NCBI GenBank assembly: GCA_963771275.1
Contig: CAVYSW010000003.1
Location: 1,344,001 to 1,408,000 of the forward strand
Length of the DNA stretch: 64,000 nucleotides
Direction: 5' to 3'
DNA from: an uncultured Gemmatimonadales bacterium
GTDB taxonomy: Bacteria > Gemmatimonadota > Gemmatimonadetes > Gemmatimonadales > GWC2-71-9
Notes under the pieces: model-generated
Database searches by the model: none
Seen by the model: the letters and a program-made list of their open reading frames with translations, nothing else
Told to the model about the DNA's origin: nothing
Part shown: piece by piece, positions 1 through 10,252 of the stretch
Position numbering within the stretch: position 1 is the first letter of the stretch
Layout: every line of letters starts with the position of its first letter
Made by a program: the position numbers and the translations under genes

Positions 1-2480
1 AGCACCGTCCAGCCGTCCTGACCCGGCATCAACACGTCCAGCGTGATCACGTCGGGACGCCCCTCCCGCGCGCGGGCCAGACCGCTCTGGCCGTCGGACG
101 CTTCCTCGACCCGGTAGCCGGCCCTGACGAGGTGCCGGGTCACCAGCGTGCGGGCGGTGGCGTCGTCGTCGATCACGAGGACCGTCCCGGCGGTCGGCGC
201 GGGCGAGGCGGCCGGGGGCGGCGCCGGCGCGGCGCGCCCCGTCGCCGCCAACACGGCGGGCACGTGGGCCGTGAACGTCGATCCCCGACCCGGCACGCTC
301 TCGACCGCGATGTCACCGCCCATCATGCGGCAGAACCGCCGGCTGATCGTAAGCCCCAGCCCGGTGCCGCCGAACCGCCGCGCGGTGGATGCCTCGGCCT
401 GCGTGAACGCCTCGAACAGCCGCGCGAGCTGGTCGGGCGTCATCCCGATGCCGCTGTCCTCGACCGCGAAGGCCACGGTCTCGCCCGCCGCGCCGTCCCG
501 GCGCACCCGCAGCGTGATCGTCCCCGCCTCGGTGAACTTGCTCGCGTTGGACAGCAGATTGAGCAGCACCTGCCGTACCCGGGTGAGGTCGGTGTGCATC
601 GCCCCCGGCTCGCCGGGACAGTCCAGCACCAGCGTGTTGCGGTTCTTGGCGACGAGCGGCTGCACCGTGGCCAGCACGTCGTCCAGCATCGGGCGCACCG
701 CGAACGTCTCGGGGAAGAGCTCCATCTTGCCGGCCTCGATCTTCGAGAGATCGAGCACGTCGTTGATCAGCGACAGCAGGTGCCGGCCGGCCGCGTGGAT
801 CTTCTGGAGATCGGGCAGCAGCGCATCGTCCCCGCGCTCCGTCACCTCTTCCTCGAGCATCTCGCTGTAGCCGATGATCGCGTTCAGCGGGGTGCGCAGC
901 TCGTGGCTCATGCTGGCGAGGAACCGGCTCTTCGCGCTGTTGGCCGCCTCCGCGTCGCGCCGCGTCCGCAGCAGCTCGGTGACGTCGTGATACAGCCCCA
1001 TCATCCCGACGCGCTGCCCCTTCACGATCACCGGCACCGCCAGGACCTCCACGTCCACCAGGCTGCCGTCGCGCCGCTTCCGCTGTCCGATCCCGGAGAC
1101 GGCATGCTCCCCGGCGGCGCGGGTGTACCCCACGGCCTGGGCGCGGCTCTCGGGCGTGGTGATGAGGTCGTCGAGATTGCGGCCGGCGACCTCGGCGGCG
1201 GTGTAGCCGTAGAGTTGCTCGAACGCGGGATTGCAGGAAACCACGTTGTGATGCGGGTCGAGCGTCACGATCGCCACCGGGCTGTTGCGCACCAGCTCCT
1301 CGAAGTACTGGCGCTGCTCCTCCGCGGCGGTGAACAACCGGGCGTTCTCGATCGCGATCGCGGCGGGCGGCGCGAACAGGTTGAGCAGGCGGAGATCGGA
1401 CTCGCCGAACACCCGCGTGGGGTCGTCGGTCCAGATGCTGAACGTGCCCACGAGCCGCTGGCCGACCAGCATGGGGGCGACGATCAGGCTGCGCACCGCG
1501 ACGTCGGCATACCGGGCCGACCGGCCGGACCAGGCCCGATAGTCCGAGATGATGAGCGGCTCTTTCGTCTGGGCCGCGCGGCCCATGGCGCCTTCGCCCA
1601 TCGCCACGCGGGTGCCGGGCGGGAGACCGTCCACCGCGCGCGTCGCGACGATGACCAGCTCGTCCCGCGCGCGATCGACGATCGCCAGCTCGCCCGCCGT
1701 GGCGCCGAGCAGCGAGATCGCGCGGTCGAGCACGGCGTCGAGCAGGGCCGACAGCTCGAGCTCGGCCGACAGGGACGTGAGCGTGGCGATCAGGGCCGCC
1801 TGCTCATCCGCCCGGCGGCGCTCGCTCGCGAGCAGCTGACGCTGGGTCGCCTCCAGCCGGGCCCGGCCCAGCGCGATGCTGGCCTGGTTGGCGGCCGCCG
1901 TGAGGATCTCGAGATCCTCGGGGGCGAAGGCGTTGGGGCGCTCGCTCTCCACCACCAGCACGCCGCCCGGCTCGTCGTCGATCACCAACGGCACGTCCAC
2001 CTCGGAGCCGGAGCTGAGCCCCGGGATGTACCCCGGCTCCCGCGTGACGTCGGCCGTATAGTGCAGCTTCCCGTCGGCCAGCGGACGGGCGCTCAGCCCC
2101 TGGCCGTGCGGAAGCCGCAGGTCGGGCGGGATGTCGGTCCATCCCACGCCGGCGCGCATCACCCGGTCGCCGGTCGCCCCGTCCACCAGGAACACGCCGA
2201 CGAAGTCGTAGCCCAGGGCGGGATCCCGCAGACCCTCGACGACGGCACGGCAGATCGCCCCCTCGCCCGGGGCGGCCGCGATGCCGGTGCTGAGCCGGAG
2301 CAGGGCGGACTGGCGATGGGCGAGCGCCGAAAACGCCCCGTCGCCCTGGGGGGCGGCGGGGGGACTGGGGATGTGGTGGTGGGCCGTTGGCTGGGTCTGG
2401 TCACCGCAGCCGAACGATACGGCCGGTCGGGCGCCGAGGCTAGGGTACACGACTAAACAACTCGGTTTAGGATCCTTCAT
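1..2480 (-). CDS. Hybrid sensor histidine kinase (GAF-GAF-PAS-HisKA-HATPase-REC); runs off the left edge
   Basis: Not in the ORF track because there is no stop inside the window. Minus-strand translation gives an H-box [25 protein letters not shown] (~930-860), GGTGLGL, and a receiver TVLVIDDD (~185). The start is uncertain (ATG 2480 or GTG 2450). Confidence 0.85.
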   Translation of the reverse strand, partial: MKDPKPSCLVVYPSLGARPAVSFGCGDQTQPTAHHHIPSPPAAPQGDGAFSALAHRQSALLRLSTGIAAAPGEGAICRAVVEGLRDPALGYDFVGVFLVDGATGDRVMRAGVGWTDIPPDLRLPHGQGLSARPLADGKLHYTADVTREPGYIPGLSSGSEVDVPLVIDDEPGGVLVVESERPNAFAPEDLEILTAAANQASIALGRARLEATQRQLLASERRRADEQAALIATLTSLSAELELSALLDAVLDRAISLLGATAGELAIVDRARDELVIVATRAVDGLPPGTRVAMGEGAMGRAAQTKEPLIISDYRAWSGRSARYADVAVRSLIVAPMLVGQRLVGTFSIWTDDPTRVFGESDLRLLNLFAPPAAIAIENARLFTAAEEQRQYFEELVRNSPVAIVTLDPHHNVVSCNPAFEQLYGYTAAEVAGRNLDDLITTPESRAQAVGYTRAAGEHAVSGIGQRKRRDGSLVDVEVLAVPVIVKGQRVGMMGLYHDVTELLRTRRDAEAANSAKSRFLASMSHELRTPLNAIIGYSEMLEEEVTERGDDALLPDLQKIHAAGRHLLSLINDVLDLSKIEAGKMELFPETFAVRPMLDDVLATVQPLVAKNRNTLVLDCPGEPGAMHTDLTRVRQVLLNLLSNASKFTEAGTITLRVRRDGAAGETVAFAVEDSGIGMTPDQLARLFEAFTQAEASTARRFGGTGLGLTISRRFCRMMGGDIAVESVPGRGSTFTAHVPAVLAATGRAAPAPPPAASPAPTAGTVLVIDDDATARTLVTRHLVRAGYRVEEASDGQSGLARAREGRPDVITLDVLMPGQDGWTV

Positions 2481-2569
2481 TGGGAGGTGCAGGTCTCCTA
2501 TACCGCGCCCTGTAGATTTCGTAAGGAAGGGGCAATCGGCCAGGTCCGGGTCGTGACGAGGAGCCGAGC

Positions 2570-3076
2570 ATGCCCAATGCCGGGTTGCTTCATCAAACCG
2601 AAGATCCGCTGATCTCGATCGGCGTCCTGGCGGCGCAGGTTGGCCTGTCCGTCTCGTCCGTGCGGAAGTACGAGAACGAAGGCCTCATCATCGCCCACCG
2701 GACCGAATCCGGACGTCGCCTGTTCTCCAACGAAGACATCGTCCGGGTGCGCAACATCCGGCACATGATCCGGGACCTCGGGCTCAATATCGCGGGCATC
2801 CGCAGGATGCAGGCGCTGCTGCCATGTTGGGAGCTGCTGCCGTGCAGCGCGGAGATTCAGGAGCAGTGCCCGGCCTACCGGAACACCACGCAGCCCTGCT
2901 GGACGATCAAGGGACACAAGTGTGCCTCCCTGGGAAACTCCTGCCGGCAGTGCCTGGTGTACTGTTTCGGGTCGCTGTGCACCGAACAGACCAAGAGCCT
3001 GGTGTACCGGCAGCCGGACGCATCCGGGGCGACGGCGGCCGCCAGGGGGCTCATCGACGGCAAGGGAAGGTCGTGA
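2570..3076 (+). CDS. MerR-family transcriptional regulator with a Cys-rich C-terminal (two-CW-like) domain
   Basis: MerR HTH ([36 protein letters not shown]). The C-terminus has 9 Cys, including two PCW motifs. GAGGAG RBS. Confidence 0.85.
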   Translation: MPNAGLLHQTEDPLISIGVLAAQVGLSVSSVRKYENEGLIIAHRTESGRRLFSNEDIVRVRNIRHMIRDLGLNIAGIRRMQALLPCWELLPCSAEIQEQCPAYRNTTQPCWTIKGHKCASLGNSCRQCLVYCFGSLCTEQTKSLVYRQPDASGATAAARGLIDGKGRS

Positions 3077-4030
3077 ATGGTGGAAGCGATGCTACTCGTT
3101 CTGTCATACGCCTCGGTGGCGGTGTTCGTCGCGGCGATCGTCGTCCGGGCCGTGCGCATCGCCCGCCTCCCGCTGCACCTGCGATGGGAGCTGTATCCCG
3201 TGGCCCACGAGAAGGGCCGCGCCCGCTACGGGGGCTCCTACCTCGAAGAGCTGGACTGGTGGACGAAGCCGCGCCGGTCGTCACTCCTCGGAGAGCTGCG
3301 CGTGATGCTGGCGGAGATCGTGCTGCTGGCCGGTGTCTGGGAGCACAACCGCAGGCAGTGGCTCCGTTCGTTCCCATTTCATTTCGGCCTGTATCTGCTC
3401 GCGGGGCTGATCGCACTGCTGCTGGCGGGCGGCATTACGCTCGCCGCCGGGGGGGGCGTGGCGCTTGGTGATGGCTGGTGGGGGCGGATGCTCTATGGGC
3501 TCACACCCATCGTGGGCTATGCGGGGCTGGGACTGGCGTTGATCGGCGCGCTGGCGCTGCTGATCAGGCGGAGCGTCGAGCCCGACTACCGGGAGTACAC
3601 CAAGAAGGCGGACTACTTCAACCTGGCCTTCTTCGTTGCGGCGCTCGGCGTCGCCCTCGTTGCCCACGCCGTGGGGGACCCGCAGTTCGCGGCCCTGAGG
3701 AGCTACTTCGCGCGGCTGGTGACGTTCGACGTCGCCGCGCGGGGCGCGGGGGCGTCGCTGACCGGGTTGAGCGCCGTGGAGGTGGTGCTCGGCAGCCTGC
3801 TGCTGGCCTACATCCCGCTGACCCACATGGCCCACTTCTTCACCAAGTGGTTCATGTACCACGACATCCGGTGGAGCGACGAGCCCAACCTCCGGGGTAG
3901 CAAGATCGAGCGTCAGGTGACGGCGGCGCTCCACTACCCCGTGAGCTGGGCTGCGCCCCACATTCGCGGCGATGGGCACAAGACCTGGCTCGATGTGGCC
4001 ACGTCGAGTGTCGAGGAGAAGCAGCCATGA
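3077..4030 (+). CDS. DsrM-like/NarI-family membrane cytochrome b (second copy, DsrM2)
   Basis: Multiple TM helices, LRWELYPV, FPFHFGLY, YIPLTHMAHFF heme-b His motifs. Directly upstream of a DsrK-like gene. Confidence 0.8.
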   Translation: MVEAMLLVLSYASVAVFVAAIVVRAVRIARLPLHLRWELYPVAHEKGRARYGGSYLEELDWWTKPRRSSLLGELRVMLAEIVLLAGVWEHNRRQWLRSFPFHFGLYLLAGLIALLLAGGITLAAGGGVALGDGWWGRMLYGLTPIVGYAGLGLALIGALALLIRRSVEPDYREYTKKADYFNLAFFVAALGVALVAHAVGDPQFAALRSYFARLVTFDVAARGAGASLTGLSAVEVVLGSLLLAYIPLTHMAHFFTKWFMYHDIRWSDEPNLRGSKIERQVTAALHYPVSWAAPHIRGDGHKTWLDVATSSVEEKQP

Positions 4031-5640
4031 CGCACAAGCGCGTTGCCGTCGAGGACATCTCCCGGCCGTCGCCGAAGCTCACCGAGCTGCGCAAGGAGGA
4101 CTTCAAGCCGCTGCCGGCGCCATTCGACACGCCGGACTCCACGCCCGCGTTCGCTCCGCTGAGCGAGAAGGCCAGGGAGCGGTACGAGGCGTCGCTCGAC
4201 GACACGATCGCCCTGAGCCTGCCCAAGCCCAAGAGCAAGGCGGAGGAGGACGCGCTGGTCGCGAAGTTCCTCGCCGGCCTGCAGAAGCTGTTCACGAAGG
4301 AGAACAACTGGACCTTCCTGCAGCCGCTGCTGCTCTCGATGGACCATTGCGCGACCTGTCACACGTGCTCCGACGCGTGCCACATCTACGAGGCCAGCGG
4401 CCGCAACCCCGTCTACCGGCCGGCCTACCGGTCCGAGGTGTTCCGCCGGCTCTACAAGAAGTACGTGAAGTCCAACGGGCATGGGATGCTGGGCGCCTGG
4501 CGGAACGGCGACATCGAGCTCAACTGGACCACGGTTGCCCGCCTCGGGGAGCTAGCCTACCGCTGCAACCTCTGCCGGCGCTGCGCCCAGACCTGCCCGA
4601 TCGGCGTGGACAACGCGCTGATCGCGCACGAGATCCGCAAGATCTTCAGCCAGGAAATGGGCATCGCGCCGCGCGAGATCCACGACAATGGCTCGATGCT
4701 GCAGCTCCGGGTCGGCTCGTCGACGGGCATGAACCAGGCCGTCGTCAGGGACAACGTCGCGTTCATCGATGACGACGTCTCGGAGAAGACGGGCCTGACG
4801 ATCGCGACGCCGTGGGACAAGGCGGGTGCCGACATCCTGCTGATCCACAACGCCGGCGAGATCATGTCCTGGCCGATGAACCCCGGGGCGTTCGCCGTGA
4901 TCTTCGAGTCGGCCGGTCTCAACTGGACCATGTCGAGCGAGATCGCGGGCTACGACAGCATCAACTACGGGGTGTGGTACGACGATTTCCAACTGGCCCG
5001 CGTCGCGGTCAAGCACGCGCAGATCGCCAAGCAGCTCGGCGTCAAGAAGATCGTGCTGGGTGAGTGCGGCCACGCCCACAAGGCGCTCACCGTGATCGCG
5101 GACCGGGTGCTCACGGGTGAGCTGAACATCCCGCGCGAGAGCTGCATGGTGACGTTGGAGAACCTGGTCTCCTCCGGACGGATCAAGGTGGATCCGTCGC
5201 GCAACGATTTCCCCGTCACGCTGCACGATCCGTGCAACCTGGTGCGGTTGATGGGGATCGTCGAGCCGCAGCGCCGGGTGCTGCGGCACATCGCGCCCCG
5301 GTTCCGCGAGATGACGCCGCACGGGGTGGAGAACTACTGCTGCGGCGGCGGCAGCGGCTTCGCCATCATGTCGGGGCACAACTTCGGCGACTGGCGGGCG
5401 CAAATAGCCGGGCGGAAGAAGCTGGAGCAGATCCTCAACGCGTTCAAGGATGAGCTCGACCCGTCGATCCACAAGTACGTGTGCGCGCCCTGCTCGAACT
5501 GCAAGGGCCAGCTGCGGGATCTGTTCAACTACTACGACCTGTGGGAAAAGCACTCGATCATGTACGACGGGCTGGTCGAGCTGATCGTGAACTGCATGAC
5601 GGACGTGAAGCCCGGCTTCATCGAGTGGGAAATGCACTAG
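4027..5640 (+). CDS. DsrK-like/HdrD-family Fe-S protein with CCG domain (second copy, DsrK2)
   Basis: CATCHTCSDAC and CNLCRRCAQTC ferredoxin motifs; GECGH, HDPC, CCGGG, CxxC. ATGA overlap with the upstream gene. Confidence 0.85.
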   Translation: MTHKRVAVEDISRPSPKLTELRKEDFKPLPAPFDTPDSTPAFAPLSEKARERYEASLDDTIALSLPKPKSKAEEDALVAKFLAGLQKLFTKENNWTFLQPLLLSMDHCATCHTCSDACHIYEASGRNPVYRPAYRSEVFRRLYKKYVKSNGHGMLGAWRNGDIELNWTTVARLGELAYRCNLCRRCAQTCPIGVDNALIAHEIRKIFSQEMGIAPREIHDNGSMLQLRVGSSTGMNQAVVRDNVAFIDDDVSEKTGLTIATPWDKAGADILLIHNAGEIMSWPMNPGAFAVIFESAGLNWTMSSEIAGYDSINYGVWYDDFQLARVAVKHAQIAKQLGVKKIVLGECGHAHKALTVIADRVLTGELNIPRESCMVTLENLVSSGRIKVDPSRNDFPVTLHDPCNLVRLMGIVEPQRRVLRHIAPRFREMTPHGVENYCCGGGSGFAIMSGHNFGDWRAQIAGRKKLEQILNAFKDELDPSIHKYVCAPCSNCKGQLRDLFNYYDLWEKHSIMYDGLVELIVNCMTDVKPGFIEWEMH

Positions 5641-5667
5641 CGGGCGCAGGAGCACGGTCGTCCGCGA

Positions 5668-5698
5668 ACGCCCCGCCCGGCGCTGCCGAGCGGGGCGT
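5668..5698. terminator. GC-rich hairpin between convergent genes
   Basis: ACGCCCCGCCCGGC-GCT-GCCGAGCGGGGCGT; the single mismatch is a G-U pair on the minus strand. No clear U-tract. Confidence 0.45.
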
Positions 5699-5705
5699 GT
5701 CTGCG

Positions 5706-6326
5706 TCAGGCTGGCCGGGGGGTCAGTGCCTCGGTCAGCCTGCGAATCCGGACCGTAGCCCGATGATAGCCGCGGCCACCCCACAGGACGATCACGACGC
5801 TGCCCAGCGCCAGCATACCATCGAACAGGCTCCACCACGACAGGCCGAAGTACCGGAACAGCGAGACTCCCAACACCAGGAACGCCAGGCCGGTGCGGAT
5901 CAGCGCGAGGTACGTGCGGCCCCACGCGAGCTCGGTGCGCAGGGTCGACAGACCGGTCCGCCGCTCGGCGAACTGGTTCCGGCCTGCCGCGAGCGTGTTC
6001 CGCTCACGCGCCAGCTCCGTTCGCTGTGTGGACATGCCGGTCCGCTCGCGGGCCATGCCGGTGCGACGCACGGCGAGGTCGGTCCGCTGCCCGGCGAGAG
6101 ACGTTCGCTCGCGACCGAAATCCGTTCGGATGCTGGCCAGCTCGGTGCTCCTGGTCGAGAGCCGCGTCTGTTCGCGGGTCAGCGCGGTCCGCTCCGCCGC
6201 CATGTCGGTCTGCTGCTGGGAGTACGTGTTCGCCGTCGACGCGAACTGGACCAGGCTCGACGTCCCCGCGGTCCGTCGCCGCGCAAGGTCGGCGAGCTCC
6301 TCCTCCAGCGTCTCTTCGGCGCCCAG
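5706..6326 (-). CDS. DUF202-like membrane protein with a long heptad (TxLAxxR) coiled coil; apparently 5'-truncated
   Basis: About 15 heptads such as TDMAAER/TELARER/TYLALIR, then two TM helices. The frame stays open and protein-like upstream of ATG 6203 to ~6326 (LGAEETLEEELADLARR). Confidence 0.6.
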   Translation of the reverse strand: MGAEETLEEELADLARRRTAGTSSLVQFASTANTYSQQQTDMAAERTALTREQTRLSTRSTELASIRTDFGRERTSLAGQRTDLAVRRTGMARERTGMSTQRTELARERNTLAAGRNQFAERRTGLSTLRTELAWGRTYLALIRTGLAFLVLGVSLFRYFGLSWWSLFDGMLALGSVVIVLWGGRGYHRATVRIRRLTEALTPRPA

Positions 6327-6328
6327 GG

Positions 6329-6757
6329 AACACGCTGTTCATCATCGCGGTCGATGTAGCTGTTCGCTGCCTCCTCGTCGCAGTGCAGGCGCTGCATCGT
6401 CATCGTCGTACGCACCTCCCGCGGCGCGTTGAGGCGAATCGCCATGAAGTGGGGAATCGGAGGGAGGAGCAGGTGACCCGAGAAGCCGTGATACACGAGG
6501 TTGTCGCGCCGGGCGTACTCGAGCAGCGCCGCCCGCATCAGGATGAGGTAGGGCCGCCGCAGCTCGCAGAACGCCTCATAGGCCCGGGCGGCGTCGCTGA
6601 GCTGCTCCACGATCCGCTGGGCCAGCGCACCGTGCTGATTCACGAGGGCTACGAGGTCCTCGCGAGACACGCAGCGGGCCCCGGTACGCTCCCGCAGCTG
6701 CTCGACGAGGAGTGTGACGCCGGACATGGTGCCGCGGGAGATCAACACGACGGGCAT
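6329..6757 (-). pseudogene. Cytidylate-kinase-like (Cytidylate_kin2) protein, C-terminally truncated
   Basis: MPVVLISRGTMSG...NLVYHG...IRLNAP matches the paralogs at 21554 and 22429. Similarity stops at DEQRV; the RW..MY..D...LYDL segment is missing. Confidence 0.65.
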
Positions 6758-6797
6758 GGTGCTCCTCCTCCCCCTTGCTGCCTCCTCTGCCGCGACC

Positions 6798-8141
6798 CTA
6801 TGGCACGGCCATCCAGAAATCCCTGAACACGACGGTCGACAGGAAGTAGCCGAGCGGGACGTTGATGGCCACGCCGATCGTGAACGCCCAGAACGGCGGC
6901 ATGCCGAACTTGGCGAGATCCCGGAATCGGGTCGTGAGGCCGATGCAGAGGAACGTGAAGACGAACGTCCAGGTGCGGAGCGTCTTGATGGGTGTGATGA
7001 GCTGGGCCTGCAACGTCCCCGCGTGATCGGCGGACGCCGTGGCCACCACGATGCTCATGATGACCGAGGCGAGGAAGAACCCGATCACGAACTTGGGAAA
7101 CCGCGTCCAGATGACACCCGGTCCCAGCGCCGCGCGGCCGGTCGTCGCGCCGCGCTCCCACAGGGTGACCGCGACGATCGAGAGCACGAACGCCCAGATC
7201 CCGATCCAGATATCGCGGCCGATCACCTTCATCAGCGTGAAGGTCTGAATCGCGGCGTCGCTGCCGGCGTGCGACGCGATCGTCTGGGCGGCGGCATAGC
7301 CCGCGGCGTCGGCGAACTCGCTCGTGCCGATCCACGCGCCGGCGACCGCTGGATGCAGGCCCAGCGCCCGGCTGGCCAGGGGCAGGAAGAAGATCATCAC
7401 CAGGGCCCACAGCGACACGATCGAGATGCTCACGGCGACGTGCTCCTTGTCCGCCTTGACGGCGCCGCCGACCGCGATCGACGCCGACACCCCGCACACG
7501 GCGCCCCCCGCGCCGAGCACCGCGGCAAACCGCTTGTCCAGCTTGAAGACGCGCGTGGCCACGAAGAACATCACGAGCCAGGTGCACAGCGACACGATCG
7601 TGGCCTGGAGGAACGCGATCCGTCCCGCCGAGACGATCAGCGTCAACGGCAGCGTGGCGCCGAGCAGCACGATCCCCGTCTTGATGTAGTACTCTGTCCG
7701 GAGCGAGCTATCCAACCAGGCCGGCAGTTTCGCGCCGTTGCCGACGAGCAACCCCAGAATGAGCGCCACCAGCGGCGCCTCGAGGCTGTAATAGTGAAAG
7801 AACTGGCTCTGACTGATCACCAGTATCAGCGCCGATGCCAGGTAGATCAGCGTGAAGCCGGCCACGTAGTGCGTGAGCCTGTGCCCCATGATCGCCGTGC
7901 TGATCGCGAAAACGGTGCCGAAGACCAGATAGAGCAGGACGTACCAGGGCCACCCGATGGCGAAGTGGGTCATGACCCGGGAGAACACCGTCCACTCCCT
8001 CGGCGGGCTCACGGCCAGCGGTGCCAGGGTGCCGCCGCCAAGGAAGAAGGCGATCGCGCTCGCGATGATGCCCAATCCCAGCCAGACCGCCCACCAGTCC
8101 TCCGTCTTCCAGAGTGCCGCGAACCGCTCACCAGTGCTCAT
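6798..8141 (-). CDS. YeiH/UPF0324 putative sulfate exporter (PSE) family transporter
   Basis: Polytopic membrane protein with EDWWAVW, EYYIKTGIVLLGA, AVCGVSASIA, GAWIGTSEFADAAG and FPKFVIGF motifs. Confidence 0.85.
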   Translation of the reverse strand: MSTGERFAALWKTEDWWAVWLGLGIIASAIAFFLGGGTLAPLAVSPPREWTVFSRVMTHFAIGWPWYVLLYLVFGTVFAISTAIMGHRLTHYVAGFTLIYLASALILVISQSQFFHYYSLEAPLVALILGLLVGNGAKLPAWLDSSLRTEYYIKTGIVLLGATLPLTLIVSAGRIAFLQATIVSLCTWLVMFFVATRVFKLDKRFAAVLGAGGAVCGVSASIAVGGAVKADKEHVAVSISIVSLWALVMIFFLPLASRALGLHPAVAGAWIGTSEFADAAGYAAAQTIASHAGSDAAIQTFTLMKVIGRDIWIGIWAFVLSIVAVTLWERGATTGRAALGPGVIWTRFPKFVIGFFLASVIMSIVVATASADHAGTLQAQLITPIKTLRTWTFVFTFLCIGLTTRFRDLAKFGMPPFWAFTIGVAINVPLGYFLSTVVFRDFWMAVP

Positions 8142-8389
8142 GGCGTGTCATCCTTTCCCGAACGCCGGCTCGAGAGCGTCGTCCGTGCAACGGGCGCGGT
8201 GCCTCCCGTACAGAATACCGCATCGGCACCGACTCGGGAGCGCCGAGCCGTGGATTGCCGACAGCGGGGCTCGGACATGGGGAGCGTCGTGTCGCACGAT
8301 CGCTCCACACGATACGATGTCCGCGGGCGCCATGGTCGCGACCGCCGCTGCATCGACGGGTGCGGAACGGCGGTGGTATCTTGTCGGCG

Positions 8390-8749
8390 ATGCTGATTCT
8401 CATCGCGCACGGCAGCCGGGACCCGCGGTGGCGCGCATCGGTCGAGCGGGTCACCGCGGCGTTGCAGGACGATCTCGGCAGGGACAAGATCGGCCTGGCC
8501 TACATGGACTGCACGCCGCCGACGCTGATGGATGTGGCGGCCGACGCCGTCCGCATGGGGGTCGGGAGGATTCGCGTCCTGCCGTTGTTCCTCGCCGTCG
8601 AGGGGCACGTCGAGCGCGACGTCGTTCCGCTGGTGGACCAGGTCCGGGGGGCGCTCGACGCGCTGGAGATCGAGCTGCTCGAGCCGGTCGGCCAGATGCC
8701 TCCGTTTCGCGAGTTGCTGCGCCGGATCGCGCTGACGACGGAGGAATAG
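8390..8749 (+). CDS. Short CbiX/SirB-type sirohydrochlorin chelatase
   Basis: LIAHGSRDP...AYMD..PPTL...VLPLFL..GHVERD with both metal-binding His; 119 aa from ATG 8390. Confidence 0.85.
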   Translation: MLILIAHGSRDPRWRASVERVTAALQDDLGRDKIGLAYMDCTPPTLMDVAADAVRMGVGRIRVLPLFLAVEGHVERDVVPLVDQVRGALDALEIELLEPVGQMPPFRELLRRIALTTEE

Positions 8750-10243
8750 GTGGCCGGGATGGTCTATCTGGTCGGCGCCGGCCCGGGCGATCCGGGGCTG
8801 ATCACGCTCCGTGGCGTCGAGTGCTTGGCGCGGGCCGATGTGGTGCTGTACGACTATCTGGCGAACCCCGCGGTGGTCGAGCATGCGGCCGCATCCGCGG
8901 AGCTGGTCTCGCTGGGCGACCCCGATGCCGGCCGGGCACGCACGCCCGACGAGATCAGCGCGCTCATGGTCGAACACGCCAGCAGGGGCAAGACCGTCGT
9001 GCGTCTCAAGGGGGGCGACCCCTCGGTGTTCGGTCGCGGGGCCGACGAGACGACGGCGCTGCGGGAAGCCGGCGTGCCGTTCGAGATCGTTCCCGGAATC
9101 ACCGCGGGCCTCGCGGTCGCCGCGTACTGCGAGATCCCGATCACCCATCAGGACGATGCGTCGGCGGTGGCGCTGGTGGCGGGCCGGGAGCGGCGCGACA
9201 AGGTCGTCTCGCGGCTCGACTACGGCGCCCTCGCCCGGTTTCCGGGGACGCTCGTCTTCTACATGGGTGTGGCGCGGGTCGCGGAATGGCGCGACGCCCT
9301 GCTCGAGCAGGGCAAGCCGGCCGCCACGCCCGTCGCGATCGTCCGGTGGTGCACCCTGCCGCAGCAGCGCACCTTCCGTTGCACGCTCGGAACGGTGGCC
9401 GACGTGGTCGAGCGAGAGCAGCTCCGTCCACCGGCGCTATTCGTCGTCGGCGCCGTCGTCGCCCGTGCCCCCGAGCATCCCTGGTTCGCGTCCCGACCGC
9501 TGTTCGGGACGCGGGTGCTGGCGAGCGGCTCACCGGGCACCTCCGAGCAGCTCCGGCGCCGGCTGGCGGACCTCGGGGCCGACGTCATCACCCAGCCGGC
9601 GATCCGGATCACGGACCCGCCGGATTGGGCGCCCGTGGACGCGGCACTGGATCGGCTCGAGCGCTACGACTGGGTGGTATTCTCCAGCGGCAACGGTGTC
9701 GACTACCTGCTCCGACGGCTGCTCTCCCGTGGCGGGGACCTCCGCCGCCTGGCGCGCGCGAAACTGGCCGCCATCGGCTCCGGGACGGCGGAGCGGCTGG
9801 CCCGCTATCACCTGCGCGCCGATCTCGTGCCCGACGAGTTCGTCGCGGAGTCGCTCGCCGGGGCGCTCGTCGGCGACGCACGGGGCCGGCGCTTCCTCGT
9901 GGCCCGCGCGAGCCGCGGGAGGACGGTGCTGGGGACGGCCCTCGAGCGGGCGGGCGCCGACGTCGACCAGGTCGTGGTCTATGGCAGCGTGGATGTGGAG
10001 CAGCCCGCCGCCGGCGTGGTGGCGGCGCTCGCATCCGGTGACGTCGACTGGATTACCATCACCAGCTCCGCGACGGCCCGCGCGCTCGTGCGGCTCTACG
10101 GATCGGCGCTGGGGCGGGCACGGTTCGCGAGCATCGGACCGTTGACGTCGGCGACGCTGCGGGAGCTGGGGCATGCGCCCGCCGTCGAGGCGTCCCCCCA
10201 CACGACGGCGGCGCTCGTGGAGGCGATCCTCACGGCTCGTTGA
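8750..10243 (+). CDS. cobA: Uroporphyrinogen-III C-methyltransferase / uroporphyrinogen-III synthase fusion (CobA-HemD)
   Basis: VYLVGAGPGDPGLITLRG and VVRLKGGDPSVFGRG, followed by a HemD half (YDWVVFSSGNGV, ITSSATA, SIGPLTS). Confidence 0.93.
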   Translation: MAGMVYLVGAGPGDPGLITLRGVECLARADVVLYDYLANPAVVEHAAASAELVSLGDPDAGRARTPDEISALMVEHASRGKTVVRLKGGDPSVFGRGADETTALREAGVPFEIVPGITAGLAVAAYCEIPITHQDDASAVALVAGRERRDKVVSRLDYGALARFPGTLVFYMGVARVAEWRDALLEQGKPAATPVAIVRWCTLPQQRTFRCTLGTVADVVEREQLRPPALFVVGAVVARAPEHPWFASRPLFGTRVLASGSPGTSEQLRRRLADLGADVITQPAIRITDPPDWAPVDAALDRLERYDWVVFSSGNGVDYLLRRLLSRGGDLRRLARAKLAAIGSGTAERLARYHLRADLVPDEFVAESLAGALVGDARGRRFLVARASRGRTVLGTALERAGADVDQVVVYGSVDVEQPAAGVVAALASGDVDWITITSSATARALVRLYGSALGRARFASIGPLTSATLRELGHAPAVEASPHTTAALVEAILTAR

Positions 10244-10252
10244 TTCGCGGGC

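Noticed and set aside
132..2456. 774-aa plus-strand ORF
   Set aside because: It is the in-register antisense shadow of the minus-strand hybrid kinase and shows no recognisable motifs.
5880..6215. 21-nt periodicity that might suggest a CRISPR or DNA tandem repeat
   Set aside because: The periodicity is at the protein heptad level inside a coding frame; there are no identical DNA repeats or spacers.
8183..8205. Possible sigma54 promoter for yeiH (minus strand GGCAC...TTGCA)
   Set aside because: The GG-to-GC spacing is 13 nt, not the required 10.
7957..10041. 694-aa Arg/Gly/Ala-rich plus-strand ORF
   Set aside because: Alternative-frame artefact overlapping cbiX and cobA-hemD.
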